A DNA stretch of 64,000 bases from an uncultured Candidatus Saccharibacteria bacterium. GTDB taxonomy: Bacteria > Patescibacteriota > Saccharimonadia > CAILAD01 > GCA-016700035. Shown here in pieces: positions 26,541 to 36,976 of the stretch (positions are counted from its first letter, which is position 1; each line of letters begins with the position of its first letter). The stretch covers positions 145,754-209,753 of the forward strand of contig CAZOVH010000001.1 of the NCBI GenBank assembly GCA_964583675.1. Reading direction: 5' to 3'. The position numbers and the translations under genes are program-made. The notes beneath the pieces were generated by a model. The model was not told where the DNA came from. It saw nothing but the letters and a program-made list of their open reading frames with translations, and did not search any database.

Positions 26541-26723
26541 ATGAGTAAGAATTCACACGCTAAGCACGAACATACTAAACACGCTCACGCAAAAAATATT
26601 CAAGAAGAAGCAGTTATTGAGCCAGATTTTCCGCAGGAGCATCGGGCTTTGATGATTGCAATCTTAATTGTCTTTACGTTTATGAGTACATTTGTGTTTG
26701 CGTTGTTCTATATTTTTGGTTAG
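26541..26723 (+). CDS. Small His-rich single-TM protein
   Basis: MSKNSHAKHEHTKHAHAKN... followed by a hydrophobic C-terminus. Confidence 0.3.
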   Translation: MSKNSHAKHEHTKHAHAKNIQEEAVIEPDFPQEHRALMIAILIVFTFMSTFVFALFYIFG

Positions 26724-27931
26724 CCATTTAGTATTTCAAAAACAATCAGACAGGAACTGGTGATGGCGCCTGCCAGTGGTACCCAACGAGGAACCCTAAT
26801 GTGTGATTTATGTTTTTGTGGCCGTCCTTTTATAACAAACAGAGATATGTTTACCAAGACGAAAATGCTTAGTACCACCAGACTAGTAGCACGAGCTAGA
26901 ACCGTAAGTGGTAGAAATACTGCGACAATCATGGTGACGCCTGCAATTACCAGGGTTGCGGCAACAGGAGTGCGAGTGCTGGCGTGCACTTTAGCAAACT
27001 CTTCGCGGATCCAGCCGCGCTTTGCCATGCCGTAAAGCATTCGGGAGCCCATAATGAGATGTGCTAAGCCACCGTTGATGGCAGCCGAAATACCGATAAC
27101 GGTAATGATAAACGCAGGTGCACTGGTGAGCTGTGAGAAAACGAGTGTGAGCGGCGCATCGCTACCTGCGAGTTCGTTTGGAGTAAGTGTATTTGTGGCA
27201 ATAATTGCTACTGATATGTATAGGATGGTTGCTGTTATGAGTGCAATGATAATCGCGAGAGGCATGGTGCGTTCTGGTTTTTTTACCTCCTCTGCAACAT
27301 TTACCATATCTTCAAATCCGATAAATGCGTAGAAAGCCAAGAAGGCACCAGCCAACACGCCAGCAAGCCCGTAGTTTGGATCTATGGCAAAGGTTTGAGC
27401 GGGGTTTGCGAGACCATTTGCTAATGTATTTCTGCCAAACCAAATAACTAGTCCGAGGCCCGCAAGCTCGACGATAGTAAATACTGTCGCGAGTGCTGCC
27501 GATTCTTTCATGCCCTTAATTGCCACGAGTGTAAGGAAAGCCAAGATGCCAATAATTAATACCGGTTCCGGAGCCGGTATAAGCAGCTTTGCGTAGCCAG
27601 CAAAGCCACGCGCTAAAACTCCAGCAGAAACGATGCCACTAATAATCATTAAGATGCCAATCAAGCGTGAAAGACCAGTTTTATTAAAAGCTCCATGCAC
27701 AAATGCGGTTGCACCGGCACTAACCGGAAAGCGCGCTGATAGCTCCATGTAAGAAAGAGCGGTAAAGCCCGCTACCACGCTAGCGATAACGAATGATAGA
27801 GCCGTACCCATTCCGGCCTCACCGGCTACTTTGCCGATGAGAACATAAATTCCGGCCCCAACTATGTTGCCGAGACCATAGAGTGCGATGAGCCAAAGTC
27901 CTAAACTGCGCTTGAGTGTAGTGCGTGCCAT
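26720..27931 (-). CDS. APC-family amino acid permease
   Basis: A 12-TM protein with the N-terminal signature LGLWLIALYGLGNIVGAGIYVLIG. Confidence 0.8.
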   Translation of the reverse strand: MARTTLKRSLGLWLIALYGLGNIVGAGIYVLIGKVAGEAGMGTALSFVIASVVAGFTALSYMELSARFPVSAGATAFVHGAFNKTGLSRLIGILMIISGIVSAGVLARGFAGYAKLLIPAPEPVLIIGILAFLTLVAIKGMKESAALATVFTIVELAGLGLVIWFGRNTLANGLANPAQTFAIDPNYGLAGVLAGAFLAFYAFIGFEDMVNVAEEVKKPERTMPLAIIIALITATILYISVAIIATNTLTPNELAGSDAPLTLVFSQLTSAPAFIITVIGISAAINGGLAHLIMGSRMLYGMAKRGWIREEFAKVHASTRTPVAATLVIAGVTMIVAVFLPLTVLARATSLVVLSIFVLVNISLFVIKGRPQKHKSHIRVPRWVPLAGAITSSCLIVFEILNG

Positions 27932-28029
27932 ACATAACCATTATTCAGGATTAGAGACGATATGTAAAAAAGCTTTTCAGGTAGGAGTATAATATAAGTG
28001 TAGAAAAAAGTAAGAAAGTGAGGTTTGTT

Positions 28030-28443
28030 ATGGCAGCCAAAGCCAATAGTGTAACAAATGTTTCTGGCTGGGTAGGCTGGGTCTACTTTGCTGGACTTCT
28101 GATGATTGTAAATGCAGTCTTTCAGATTATTGCGAGTCTTGTAGCATTATTTAACGATCAGCTCTTTGTAGCAGGTGTAAATCGCATCTGGATTGTTGAT
28201 CTGACAACTTGGGGATGGGTGCACCTACTCTTGGGTGTAATTTTGTTCTTTGCAGGTGGAGCTGTTATGGCTGGTAAAATGTGGGGCCGAGTAATCGGTA
28301 TTATCCTCGCAACTCTGGCTATGATGGTAAACTTTGCCTTTATCCCAGTGTATCCACTCTGGTCAATCTTAATGGTTGTAGTAAGTGGTCTCGTGATCTA
28401 CGCCCTGGTAGCTCACGGAAAAGAAGCCGCAAACCTCGAATAA
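28030..28443 (+). CDS. Hypothetical 4-TM membrane protein
   Basis: Hydrophobic ORF with a likely start at MAAKANS. Confidence 0.4.
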   Translation: MAAKANSVTNVSGWVGWVYFAGLLMIVNAVFQIIASLVALFNDQLFVAGVNRIWIVDLTTWGWVHLLLGVILFFAGGAVMAGKMWGRVIGIILATLAMMVNFAFIPVYPLWSILMVVVSGLVIYALVAHGKEAANLE

Positions 28444-28477
28444 AGAGAGTTGCAGTAGCCATTTAAAAGCACCGAGT

Positions 28478-28915
28478 CTAGGCTTGGTGCTTTTTGGTAA
28501 GTTGCTTAAGTTTTTTTGTATCGATGGTTGGAGCTGGCTCTTTAATTACTTCAAGCCGCAGAGGTTTTTTGGAGAAGGCAAGAATGAGCATCCCAACAGG
28601 GGCGCCTAGTGTGAGCCAAAAAGATGAAAAGGCAGTACTCTTGCCAAAAATTTTACCGAGACGTATGCCAATTGGGATTGAGTAAATTGGTCCTAGGTAG
28701 GGAACAAATGCCACAGCTTGCCAGGTTTTTGGTAGGCCGAGAACGCGAATGAGCACGATGTAGTTGTAGGCGGGAATATATGCTGGCCACATTTTTTGTC
28801 CAAGGCGGCGGAAGACAAGGCTTAATCCGAGCATATACACGAGGTAAGCTAAGATCATTGCTAGGCCCACGCTTAAGATGAGCTGCAGAAGCCATTGGAG
28901 TATATCTACTATCAT
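28478..28915 (-). CDS. Hypothetical membrane protein
   Basis: Hydrophobic ORF. The MIVDILQW start is preferred so that it does not overlap the divergent gene. Confidence 0.4.
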   Translation of the reverse strand: MIVDILQWLLQLILSVGLAMILAYLVYMLGLSLVFRRLGQKMWPAYIPAYNYIVLIRVLGLPKTWQAVAFVPYLGPIYSIPIGIRLGKIFGKSTAFSSFWLTLGAPVGMLILAFSKKPLRLEVIKEPAPTIDTKKLKQLTKKHQA

Positions 28916-28980
28916 GCTTGTTATTGTACCCGGTTTTCCTAAAATAGTCGCATCTATCCCGCTTACGCTACAATAGAGAT

Positions 28981-30210
28981 ATGTTGCATCAAGCTGTAAA
29001 GTCCATAGAGCCTGCGAGCTATGCCTCGTTTCTGACAAAGAGACAGATGGCAAAACTAGAGTCTTCTGCAGGAAAACTGCAGGGTAAAAAAATATATGAA
29101 ATTAACTCAACTGCAACTGGAGGCGGTGTGGTTGAGCTTTTGCAATCCCAAATCCCCTTAATGCAAGGGCTTGGGCTACAGGCCGAGTGGCTGGTTTTGC
29201 CACCGGATGAGCGGTTTTTCGCTATCACCAAGCAGTTTCACAATGCTCTTCAGGGTGGCCGAGATAGTTTGCCCGAAGATTTAGATTATTACGATGTGTA
29301 TACACAGAAGATTGCCGCCACGGTTCCGCGTGATGGCGATATCTATATTTTGCATGACCCACAAACGCTTGGCCTCATTCCGTTTCTTGCCGATAAGGTG
29401 GTAGTTTGGCGTTGCCACATAGACCTTACAAACGCTGAGCCACATACGTTTTCTTGGTTGCGTCGCCGTTTGCGCGCGGTCGATGGCTCGATTTTTTCTC
29501 TACCAAGCTATACTGCCGGCATCGAAAATACGCATATTGTACATCCGTCAATCGATCCGCTTCGACCAAAAAATATGGCGCTATCCGAGGATGAGAGCAC
29601 AGCAGTGCTTGCTCGAATCGGCGTGGATGTCAGTCGTCCATTTATTACACAAATTTCTCGCTACGATATATTTAAAGATCCTATAGGAGTTTTGGAAGTT
29701 GTAAGTCGTGTGCAAAAAACTATGCCCGATTTGCAATGTGTGATGTTGGGTAATTATGCTGATGATGACCCGGAGGGCGAGGAGATGTACCTTAAGGTTC
29801 GTGAAGCGGCGAAGAGTATCTCACGTGCGTTGGTTTTGGTGAATGTGCCGGATAACGAAAAGGTAGTAAACGCTTTGCAGTCGCGAGCCGCTGCCGTGAT
29901 GCAATATTCTTCAAAAGAAGGTTTTGGACTTACAGTTACCGAAGCAATGTGGAAAGGCGCGCTCGTTTGTGCTCGACCAGTGGGCGGCATATCGTTACAG
30001 ATTAAAAACCGCAAAACCGGTATTGTATTAACTGGCAACCATAATCATGATGCGGATCGGATTATACGTTTGCTAAGCACATCAAATGATCACCAAGATA
30101 TTCGCGAGGCTGCGCGAGCACATGTGGAAAAAAACTTTATAACCCCCGTGATGCTGAATGGTTACTTAGATGTGTATCAGAAGATAGCTGCAAGCTTAGA
30201 GCTAGGTTAG
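28981..30210 (+). CDS. GT4 glycosyltransferase, trehalose-synthase (TreT)-like
   Basis: The N-terminal INSTATGGGVVELL resembles the TreT motif (NSTA.GGGVAE.L). A GT-B C-terminal half follows. Confidence 0.55.
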   Translation: MLHQAVKSIEPASYASFLTKRQMAKLESSAGKLQGKKIYEINSTATGGGVVELLQSQIPLMQGLGLQAEWLVLPPDERFFAITKQFHNALQGGRDSLPEDLDYYDVYTQKIAATVPRDGDIYILHDPQTLGLIPFLADKVVVWRCHIDLTNAEPHTFSWLRRRLRAVDGSIFSLPSYTAGIENTHIVHPSIDPLRPKNMALSEDESTAVLARIGVDVSRPFITQISRYDIFKDPIGVLEVVSRVQKTMPDLQCVMLGNYADDDPEGEEMYLKVREAAKSISRALVLVNVPDNEKVVNALQSRAAAVMQYSSKEGFGLTVTEAMWKGALVCARPVGGISLQIKNRKTGIVLTGNHNHDADRIIRLLSTSNDHQDIREAARAHVEKNFITPVMLNGYLDVYQKIAASLELG

Positions 30211-31391
30211 CGCTTGCGAGCTGCGAGTAGCTCAACGACACTTACGTAGATGCAGTAGGCGAGCACAGCCTGGATGATTGTTTGCCAGGTGATGGAGGGC
30301 TTGAGGATGAGTGCAGTAAAGGCAAGCACTATTCCGCCAACACGCCAGCTCAAGATGTTCTTACGCAGCCAAGCACGAGAAAGTGTAAGTGCGTGATAGA
30401 GACGAGTTCCTGTAAGTTTGTCGAGACCTATTAAGTGGCGCAGCTTTTTTGCCCAGGTAAAAGGCCCGGCGAAAGTCATGATAATCGAGGCTACCACGCC
30501 AATTATGAGTGTGTTGGTGGTGACATTCTTGAATCCAGCCGTGAGTGAATCCCAAATGACTCCTGCTGCTGCCTGATAGGTAGTTGCAACATCGCCAATT
30601 ATTTCTGGTCGAGCGGCCTTTAAGAGAATCAGCTCAATTGCAGTAATGACTACTACTGTAAGTGTAATAGCAAAGCCGGTCTTCCAGCGTTGGCGAGAAA
30701 CTGCGATGGCACCGATGTAGGCTGCAGCAAACAACATCGGCAAGATTACGTAGAGTGCTTGCGTGTACTGATAGGCAAGACGCATGTCTTGAATACGCTC
30801 ACGAAGATTAACGGCAACTTCAGCGGCTTGGCTGTTCTGAAGGTTGCTGGAGATGGTGCCGGAGCCGTTTGATTGGAGTCGATCGCGAATTTTTTCGATA
30901 AACGGCGTGATATTTACGCCAAACACCACTCGTTCTTTTTGCGCATTAAATTCTGCCTGGGGTTGCTTGAGGGTTGTCATCAGGCGGGAATGAGCAGCTT
31001 CATTGGCGGAGATCCAAATGCCATTAAATTGATCGCTAGCAATCAGGTTGCTGCCAATTTTCTCTGTAGCAGATACAACTTGACTGGCAAGTGGAGGTGC
31101 AATAAATGCAGCTTTTTCTGGAAGAGCCTGTTTTATTTCGGCTTCGAGATCGATAGTACTGTAAAGTTTTTCGGTGGCATATTTACTAAGTGCACTTGAA
31201 ACATCACTGTTTTTTGTAAGTGGAGCCACGGTTTTGACATAGTTTTGTGTATCAAATACATAGACATTTAGCCAACGCAGAATGAGCCAGTTGCCAAGCG
31301 CGATAGTCCCGACTCCGATAAGGAAGCCGACAATAATGGCACGCCATTTATTTGCAGTAGGTGCTGTTGAATTCGTAGATGATTTTTTCAT
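30207..31391 (-). CDS. Hypothetical polytopic membrane protein
   Basis: 394 aa with an N-terminal TM segment, a large extracytoplasmic domain and C-terminal TM segments. Confidence 0.45.
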   Translation of the reverse strand: MKKSSTNSTAPTANKWRAIIVGFLIGVGTIALGNWLILRWLNVYVFDTQNYVKTVAPLTKNSDVSSALSKYATEKLYSTIDLEAEIKQALPEKAAFIAPPLASQVVSATEKIGSNLIASDQFNGIWISANEAAHSRLMTTLKQPQAEFNAQKERVVFGVNITPFIEKIRDRLQSNGSGTISSNLQNSQAAEVAVNLRERIQDMRLAYQYTQALYVILPMLFAAAYIGAIAVSRQRWKTGFAITLTVVVITAIELILLKAARPEIIGDVATTYQAAAGVIWDSLTAGFKNVTTNTLIIGVVASIIMTFAGPFTWAKKLRHLIGLDKLTGTRLYHALTLSRAWLRKNILSWRVGGIVLAFTALILKPSITWQTIIQAVLAYCIYVSVVELLAARKR

Positions 31392-31531
31392 ACATGTAGT
31401 GCCTTTAACTAAGGTTAGTTATACGACCCATCTCCTTATAGGTCAAGCAGAAGCGAAATTGAGTGGCTATTTTTTTTCATGGGCTTGCTGTACAGTAGTT
31501 GTAAAGTAACAGGTACGGAAGCACGAAAAAC

Positions 31532-33127
31532 ATGTCTAAGAAAGCCAAAAAACTCCTCATCTTGCTGGCAGCAGCCCAATTTATTTTTACGCTCGATTCT
31601 ACGGTAATGAACGTTTCGATTTCGACGTTGGTTAAGGATCTTAATACAACGGTTGGTGAAATTCAGTCAGCCATCGCTTTCTATTCACTGGTAATGGCTG
31701 CCTTCATGGTGGCCGGTGCGAAGGTGGGCGATATTATTGGCCGCAAAAAAGCATTCATCATTGGTATGTGTATTTATGGCGCTGGAAGTGCACTGACTGC
31801 GTTGGCGCCAAACGTTCAAGTTTTAAAATTCGGCTGGTCTTTTTTGGAAGGTATGGGTGCAGCACTTGCAATCCCAGCTATGCTTTCGCTGATTGCGGGT
31901 AATTTTACAAAGCCGGATGAGCGCTTGAAGGCATATGGAACTGTAGCAGCCATGGCCGGTATTGCCGCTGGGCTAGGGCCAATTATTGGTGGGTTTCTTA
32001 CTACCTATGCTACGTGGCGATTGGCTTTTGCTGCAGAAGTTTTGGTGGTGATTTGGATCTTGGTTCAGCAAGGGCTGATTCGTGATGTCAAACTAGATGG
32101 ACCAAAGATGAAACTTGATGTAGTTGGTGTTGTATTGTCGGTGGCCGGTTTGGGGCTTATGGTACAGGGAATTCTTATGGCCGGTACATATGGCTTGCTT
32201 CAGGCGCGTCAAAGTTTTTCATTGGCAGGAGTTACCCTTGAAGTGGGCGGCATCTCACCGTCCATAGTTGGGATCGCTTTGGGCATTGGTGTACTTGTAC
32301 TATTCGCGTTGTGGGAAGGTTTACGCGCTAAGCAGGGCAAAGATATGTTGGTGAATTTGGAGCTCTTTAAGCTTCCGACGGTCAGTGGTGGCACTCTCAC
32401 AATTTTGTCACAGCAGTTTGTTTTGGGCGGGCTGATGTATGTTATGGCCTTGTTCTTGCAAATTCAACAGGGGATGACAGCATTTCAAACCGGTTTTGTG
32501 TTGTTACCACTCTCACTCTGCTTGCTTTTAGCGGCTGCAAAGGGTGGAGACCTAGCGAAGCGTTTTGATCCCCGAGAGATTATTCGAGTTGGCTATGTGC
32601 TTATTTTGACTGGTGTCCTGGTGATAGCTTTCCGCTCGCGTGATATCGCATCAGATCCAACCTTCCCGCTCTCGTTAGCTGTTGCTGGTATTGGTTTAGG
32701 GCTGATCAGTTCTCAATTGCAAAACCTTGTTCAGTCTTCAGTTACAAAAGAACAGTCTAGTGAAACTTCCGGACTTATGTCTACTTTTCAAAATCTTGGC
32801 ATGTCACTTGGGACTGCGATTGCTGGTGTGGCACTGACAGGATTCCTTATCTCAGTCAGCTCTCAACTCATAACTGAAAACACAGTGCTGACTAGTACCC
32901 AAAAGCAGCAATACGAGAACGCACTCCAAACACAGGCTCAGGTGGTAAGTGATTCGGCATTACAGAATGAATTACAGGATGAAGATCCTGCAGCAGCTGC
33001 GGAGGTAGTGCAGATTAATGCTGAAGCTCGAGCGCAAGCACTGACATATTCATTTGTAGCAATCGCGGTTTTGGGTGCACTCGGCCTTGCAGCAACTGCT
33101 CGCTTACCAAAGCGCGAGATAGCTTAA
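31532..33127 (+). CDS. MFS transporter, DHA2 (14-TMS) drug:H+ antiporter family
   Basis: An MFS motif is present (GAKVGDIIGRKKAFIIGMCIYGAGSAL) across 14 hydrophobic segments. Confidence 0.8.
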   Translation: MSKKAKKLLILLAAAQFIFTLDSTVMNVSISTLVKDLNTTVGEIQSAIAFYSLVMAAFMVAGAKVGDIIGRKKAFIIGMCIYGAGSALTALAPNVQVLKFGWSFLEGMGAALAIPAMLSLIAGNFTKPDERLKAYGTVAAMAGIAAGLGPIIGGFLTTYATWRLAFAAEVLVVIWILVQQGLIRDVKLDGPKMKLDVVGVVLSVAGLGLMVQGILMAGTYGLLQARQSFSLAGVTLEVGGISPSIVGIALGIGVLVLFALWEGLRAKQGKDMLVNLELFKLPTVSGGTLTILSQQFVLGGLMYVMALFLQIQQGMTAFQTGFVLLPLSLCLLLAAAKGGDLAKRFDPREIIRVGYVLILTGVLVIAFRSRDIASDPTFPLSLAVAGIGLGLISSQLQNLVQSSVTKEQSSETSGLMSTFQNLGMSLGTAIAGVALTGFLISVSSQLITENTVLTSTQKQQYENALQTQAQVVSDSALQNELQDEDPAAAAEVVQINAEARAQALTYSFVAIAVLGALGLAATARLPKREIA

Positions 33128-34137
33128 ACTTTCTGCGGCTCCACTAGATTTTGGGCTTTGCCAGTCTGAAAGCTGTGAATATTATCGAGTGAAGTTTGCC
33201 AAATGCGACTGACTGCTTCGGCTGTGTTAAAAGCGTTATGCGGAGAAATAATAACATTAGGAAGCTTTTCGAGCGCAGCAATTTCTGCGGCTAGCTGAAG
33301 CTTCTTTTTAGATTTGTGTTGGCGGATTATTTGCAGTTCATGCTGTGAGTCGAGCAGTTCTTCGCCTTCAATTACATCAAGCGCGGCTCCGGCAATTTTT
33401 TGTGAGTTTAGCGCCATGGTGAGTGCATCGGTATTGATAATCTCCCCTCGAGAAGTATTAATAAGTAAACTAGTTGGCTTCATAGCTCGAAATGCCGATG
33501 CATCAAACAGATGGTGAGTAGTTTTACTTAGCGGTGCATGAATAGTAATAATGTCGCTTGTTTTAATGAGTCCACGAAAGTCCACATAAGAGAATCCAAG
33601 CTGACCTTCGAGCTCTAAGCGCGGAAAAGGATCAAAGCCAACAACTTTCATGCCAAAGCCACGACCGATAGAGATTGCGTGAGAGCCAATGCGTCCTGTG
33701 CCCACAACTCCCAGTGTTTTTCCTGCCAAGTCGATGCCGCCCAGCTCGTGGGTATCAATCTCGCCATCACGAACTTGGTCGATTGCTTGAGGGATTTTGC
33801 GTGCTAATGCGAGTAGTAGCGCAAACGCGTACTCGGCAACGGTATTTTCTCCGTAGCTTGGCACATTAGAAGTAAGAATTCCGCGTTTGTGAGCGGCAGC
33901 AAGATCAACATTATCGTAGCCAGTTGAACGGCAGGCAATAAATTTCAACTTGGGTAACTTTTCTACCACCGAAGACGATACATCTGAGGTTACAAAGATC
34001 GAGATAATCTCGCAGTTTGCAGCTAGCATAGCGGTCTCATCTGACAATGGTTCGGCGCAAATAATCGCTTTCGGGAAAGCTTCTATTACGCGCTTCTTAT
34101 CGTCATCTGCGACGTCAAAAAATGCGATAGCAGTCAC
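33124..34137 (-). CDS. D-isomer-specific 2-hydroxyacid dehydrogenase (glycerate dehydrogenase / hydroxypyruvate reductase-like)
   Basis: The NAD-binding motif GKTLGVVGTGRIGSHA and the catalytic-domain pattern of the D-2-HADH family are present. Confidence 0.8.
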   Translation of the reverse strand: MTAIAFFDVADDDKKRVIEAFPKAIICAEPLSDETAMLAANCEIISIFVTSDVSSSVVEKLPKLKFIACRSTGYDNVDLAAAHKRGILTSNVPSYGENTVAEYAFALLLALARKIPQAIDQVRDGEIDTHELGGIDLAGKTLGVVGTGRIGSHAISIGRGFGMKVVGFDPFPRLELEGQLGFSYVDFRGLIKTSDIITIHAPLSKTTHHLFDASAFRAMKPTSLLINTSRGEIINTDALTMALNSQKIAGAALDVIEGEELLDSQHELQIIRQHKSKKKLQLAAEIAALEKLPNVIISPHNAFNTAEAVSRIWQTSLDNIHSFQTGKAQNLVEPQKV

Positions 34138-35348
34138 ACTAGTTGCGCCTCAATTTCAAGTAAGCGGTTATATTTTTCGACTCTTTCACCTCGGCGCGGC
34201 GCACCGATTTTTACTGCGTCTGCTCCAAAGCCGTACGCTAGATCGATAATGAGATGATCATTAGTTTCGCCAGAGCGGTGAGAGATAATTACTGATAGCT
34301 TATGTTTTTGAGCGGTAGTAATTGCCTCGATGGCTTGAGAGATGGTGCCAATTTGATTTGGTTTTATAATGACGCCGCGAATAGCATGTTTTTCTGCAAG
34401 ATTTGCGATGCGTACTGCATCGGTAACAGTAATATCGTCGCCAACAATCAGACCGGTTGGGTGTGTTGCGACGTAGTCTATAAAGGCTTCTTCGTCTACT
34501 TCTGCAAATGGATCTTCGAGGCTAGCGATACCATACTTGCTAGCTAGTCCAGAAAGTCGAGCACTCCAATCTTTGCTTGAGAGTTTTTGACCTTCAAATG
34601 CGTAAGTTCCGCCAGAATAAAAACTTGACGCAGCTACGTCGAGCGCAATTGCCATGCCGCCAGTTTTTTGGCACAATTCGTGCATCATTTCTAATATTTC
34701 TTCAGCTTTTGCCCCAGCTGGTGCCATGCCGCCTTCGTCTCCTACGAGCTTTGCTGATGATCCATATTTTTCAGTGAGCGTTTTTTGTAGCTCGGCATGA
34801 AAGTCATATATTTGAGAGATGGCTTGCGAGGGGGTAGTGCTTTTGGGGACGATCATAAACTCTTGTATATCCAAGCCTGGGGCATGTTTACCGCCATTTA
34901 CAAGATTGGCAAAAATATGCGGAAATGCAGGAGCCTTGCCAGAGATATTTTGAAAATATTCCCACAGTGCGAGTTTTTGTACGCGTGCCGCTAGGTGGGC
35001 GAAAGCACCAGAAAGCGCAAGCGAGGTGTTGCCGCCAAGCTCAATTTTTTGCGGTGATGGATCAACTGTTTGTAGCCAATCATCAAAGTGTTTTTGATCG
35101 CTAAAATCTCGACGTGTGATTTCGGGCTTGAGCTGAGAGTTAATCAACTTAATAGCGTTTTGTACGCCTTGGCCGTGATATAGTGTGCCTCCATCACGCA
35201 ATTCCATAGCCTCGTTTTCACCTTTGCTGGCGCCTGCCGGAACGCTGTATGTTGCACTCACGCCACTCTCTGTAGCTAACCTAACTTCAATGGTTGGTGT
35301 GCCTCGCGAGTCGAGTATTTGTAGTGCTCGAACGTCGGTAATTTTCAT
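34134..35348 (-). CDS. eno: Enolase (phosphopyruvate hydratase)
   Basis: The N-terminus ILDSRGTPTIEV and the signature SHRSGETND are both present. Confidence 0.9.
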   Translation of the reverse strand: MKITDVRALQILDSRGTPTIEVRLATESGVSATYSVPAGASKGENEAMELRDGGTLYHGQGVQNAIKLINSQLKPEITRRDFSDQKHFDDWLQTVDPSPQKIELGGNTSLALSGAFAHLAARVQKLALWEYFQNISGKAPAFPHIFANLVNGGKHAPGLDIQEFMIVPKSTTPSQAISQIYDFHAELQKTLTEKYGSSAKLVGDEGGMAPAGAKAEEILEMMHELCQKTGGMAIALDVAASSFYSGGTYAFEGQKLSSKDWSARLSGLASKYGIASLEDPFAEVDEEAFIDYVATHPTGLIVGDDITVTDAVRIANLAEKHAIRGVIIKPNQIGTISQAIEAITTAQKHKLSVIISHRSGETNDHLIIDLAYGFGADAVKIGAPRRGERVEKYNRLLEIEAQLV

Positions 35349-36622
35349 GATTTTGCCCTTAATGCAATCATAAAGTCGGAAATATTGGCGGTGGTTTTTC
35401 TGGTCTTTAGATGTGCGCCAATAGTTTTGAGCGCCTTCCAGCCGGCATTCATCTCCACTGCTTCATCGGCAGTAATGCAGGCTTTTTTGAGCGCACCAAC
35501 GCCAGTTGGATTATCCATAATGGCTCCGGCAACTGGCTCGTTATCTTTTCCGTCACTGGCACAGGATATCACCACGGTATTTTTTGGTAAGTGATTAGTG
35601 GCCGAGAGTGCAACATCTTGATTGCGCCCACCTCGTCCCGGATGAGTGACATGGACTTGGGTTTCACCGCAGCCTAGCAGAACTTCACCTGGTTTTACGT
35701 TTTTCGCAAGTTTGGGCCCCAGTCCTTTGGCAGTTTCGGCAACTTTTTTCGAATAAACTTTTGGCACATAGCCCAGTTCTCGAGCTTTGGCGGACATTGC
35801 TTCCACCACCTGTGAGCCATTGGCGATCATGATGTTGGTTATATTTTTGAAAAATTTTGGATCCTTAGGAGTTTCAGTAAACTTAAGCCCGGTGAGACGA
35901 TAGCGCTTGGCAATTTTTTCGGCATCAGCCCTAGTTGTTTTGTCGAGGACTGTGGGGCCAGACGCAACAAAGTTAAGATCATCGCCTGGGACGTCAGAAA
36001 TAATCATTGCAAGCACCGTGGCGGGGTAGGCGTATTTGGCAAAGAAGCCGCCATGAATGTGTGAGAGATGTTTGCGTACGGTGTTAATCTCCTGGATGCT
36101 AGCGCCAGCTTTTAAAAGATAATCGGAAACACGCTGCAACTCAACGCAGGTGAGGCCGGCAGGCTGGCAGAACAATGAACTGCCACCACCACAGATTGCG
36201 GTGATAACGAGATCATCTTTGGTAGCCGATTTCATGAGTTCAATGATCTTATTGGTCGCAGCTATATTTTGCTCACTCGGAAGTGGATGTGTACCTGTAA
36301 ATACGCGAATTTTACGCACGATGCGTCGGTGGATATCTATGGCATAGCCTTTCGTGACTCGCCGTTTAAGAACTTTACCAATACCTTCCACTGCCAGGCC
36401 GCTACCTTTCCCAACGCCGACAACATAAATGTTTTTGTAGCTAGAGAGTGCAAACCGTTTACCGTCAATCACGAGATGGTCGCCCACGATGGTGAGTTTT
36501 TCGGAAAACATGGTACGTAAATCTATCGAGTGATAGCCAGCTTCAGCAATCTCAAGCGCATCGCGCCTTTGAGGGGTGGTGGCGAGGGCTGAAAAATTCT
36601 TTATTACTCTTATGCTCATCAA
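35345..36622 (-). CDS. Glycerate 2-kinase (MOFRL/GckA family)
   Basis: The DUF4147 + MOFRL architecture is visible: VVGVGKGSGLAVEGI...GGGSSL...GTDGIDG-like. It is co-directional with eno. Confidence 0.7.
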   Translation of the reverse strand: MMSIRVIKNFSALATTPQRRDALEIAEAGYHSIDLRTMFSEKLTIVGDHLVIDGKRFALSSYKNIYVVGVGKGSGLAVEGIGKVLKRRVTKGYAIDIHRRIVRKIRVFTGTHPLPSEQNIAATNKIIELMKSATKDDLVITAICGGGSSLFCQPAGLTCVELQRVSDYLLKAGASIQEINTVRKHLSHIHGGFFAKYAYPATVLAMIISDVPGDDLNFVASGPTVLDKTTRADAEKIAKRYRLTGLKFTETPKDPKFFKNITNIMIANGSQVVEAMSAKARELGYVPKVYSKKVAETAKGLGPKLAKNVKPGEVLLGCGETQVHVTHPGRGGRNQDVALSATNHLPKNTVVISCASDGKDNEPVAGAIMDNPTGVGALKKACITADEAVEMNAGWKALKTIGAHLKTRKTTANISDFMIALRAKS

Positions 36623-36685
36623 GAATATTGTATCACGCAGCGTTGCTCACAGGAGTATAATTATATGTAGAGAGCGAGGTATACT

Positions 36686-36973
36686 ATGGCGCAGCAGCGT
36701 ACTGAAGAATTTAAAATTTCTGGCGAAGACATCATGGCCAAACTTAAAAAGTTGGTGAATGAAGGAAATGTTCGCAAAATTATGGTGAAGGATAAAAAGG
36801 GCAAAACAATTGCTGAGTTTCCACTTACCGTTGGAGTGGTTGGCGCTCTGTTGGTACCCGTTTTGGCTGCTGTAGGCGCGATTGTAGCCTTGGCTAGCGA
36901 ATGCATTATTTCCGTGGAGCGTGATGTGGATGAGAAGAAGCCAGAGGTAAAACTCGCAAAAAAGGAAAAGTAA
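36686..36973 (+). CDS. DUF4342-family small protein
   Basis: EEFKISGEDIMAKLKKLVNEGNVRKIMVKDKKGKTIAEFPLTVGVVGALLVPVLAAVGAI matches the DUF4342 pattern. Confidence 0.6.
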   Translation: MAQQRTEEFKISGEDIMAKLKKLVNEGNVRKIMVKDKKGKTIAEFPLTVGVVGALLVPVLAAVGAIVALASECIISVERDVDEKKPEVKLAKKEK

Positions 36974-36976
36974 GCA

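Noticed and set aside
26760-27332. Plus-strand ORFs 26760..27035 and 27054..27332 inside the amino acid permease gene
   Set aside because: They are antisense to a 12-TM APC permease with a clear family signature, and the hydrophobic mirror-frame artefact is typical.
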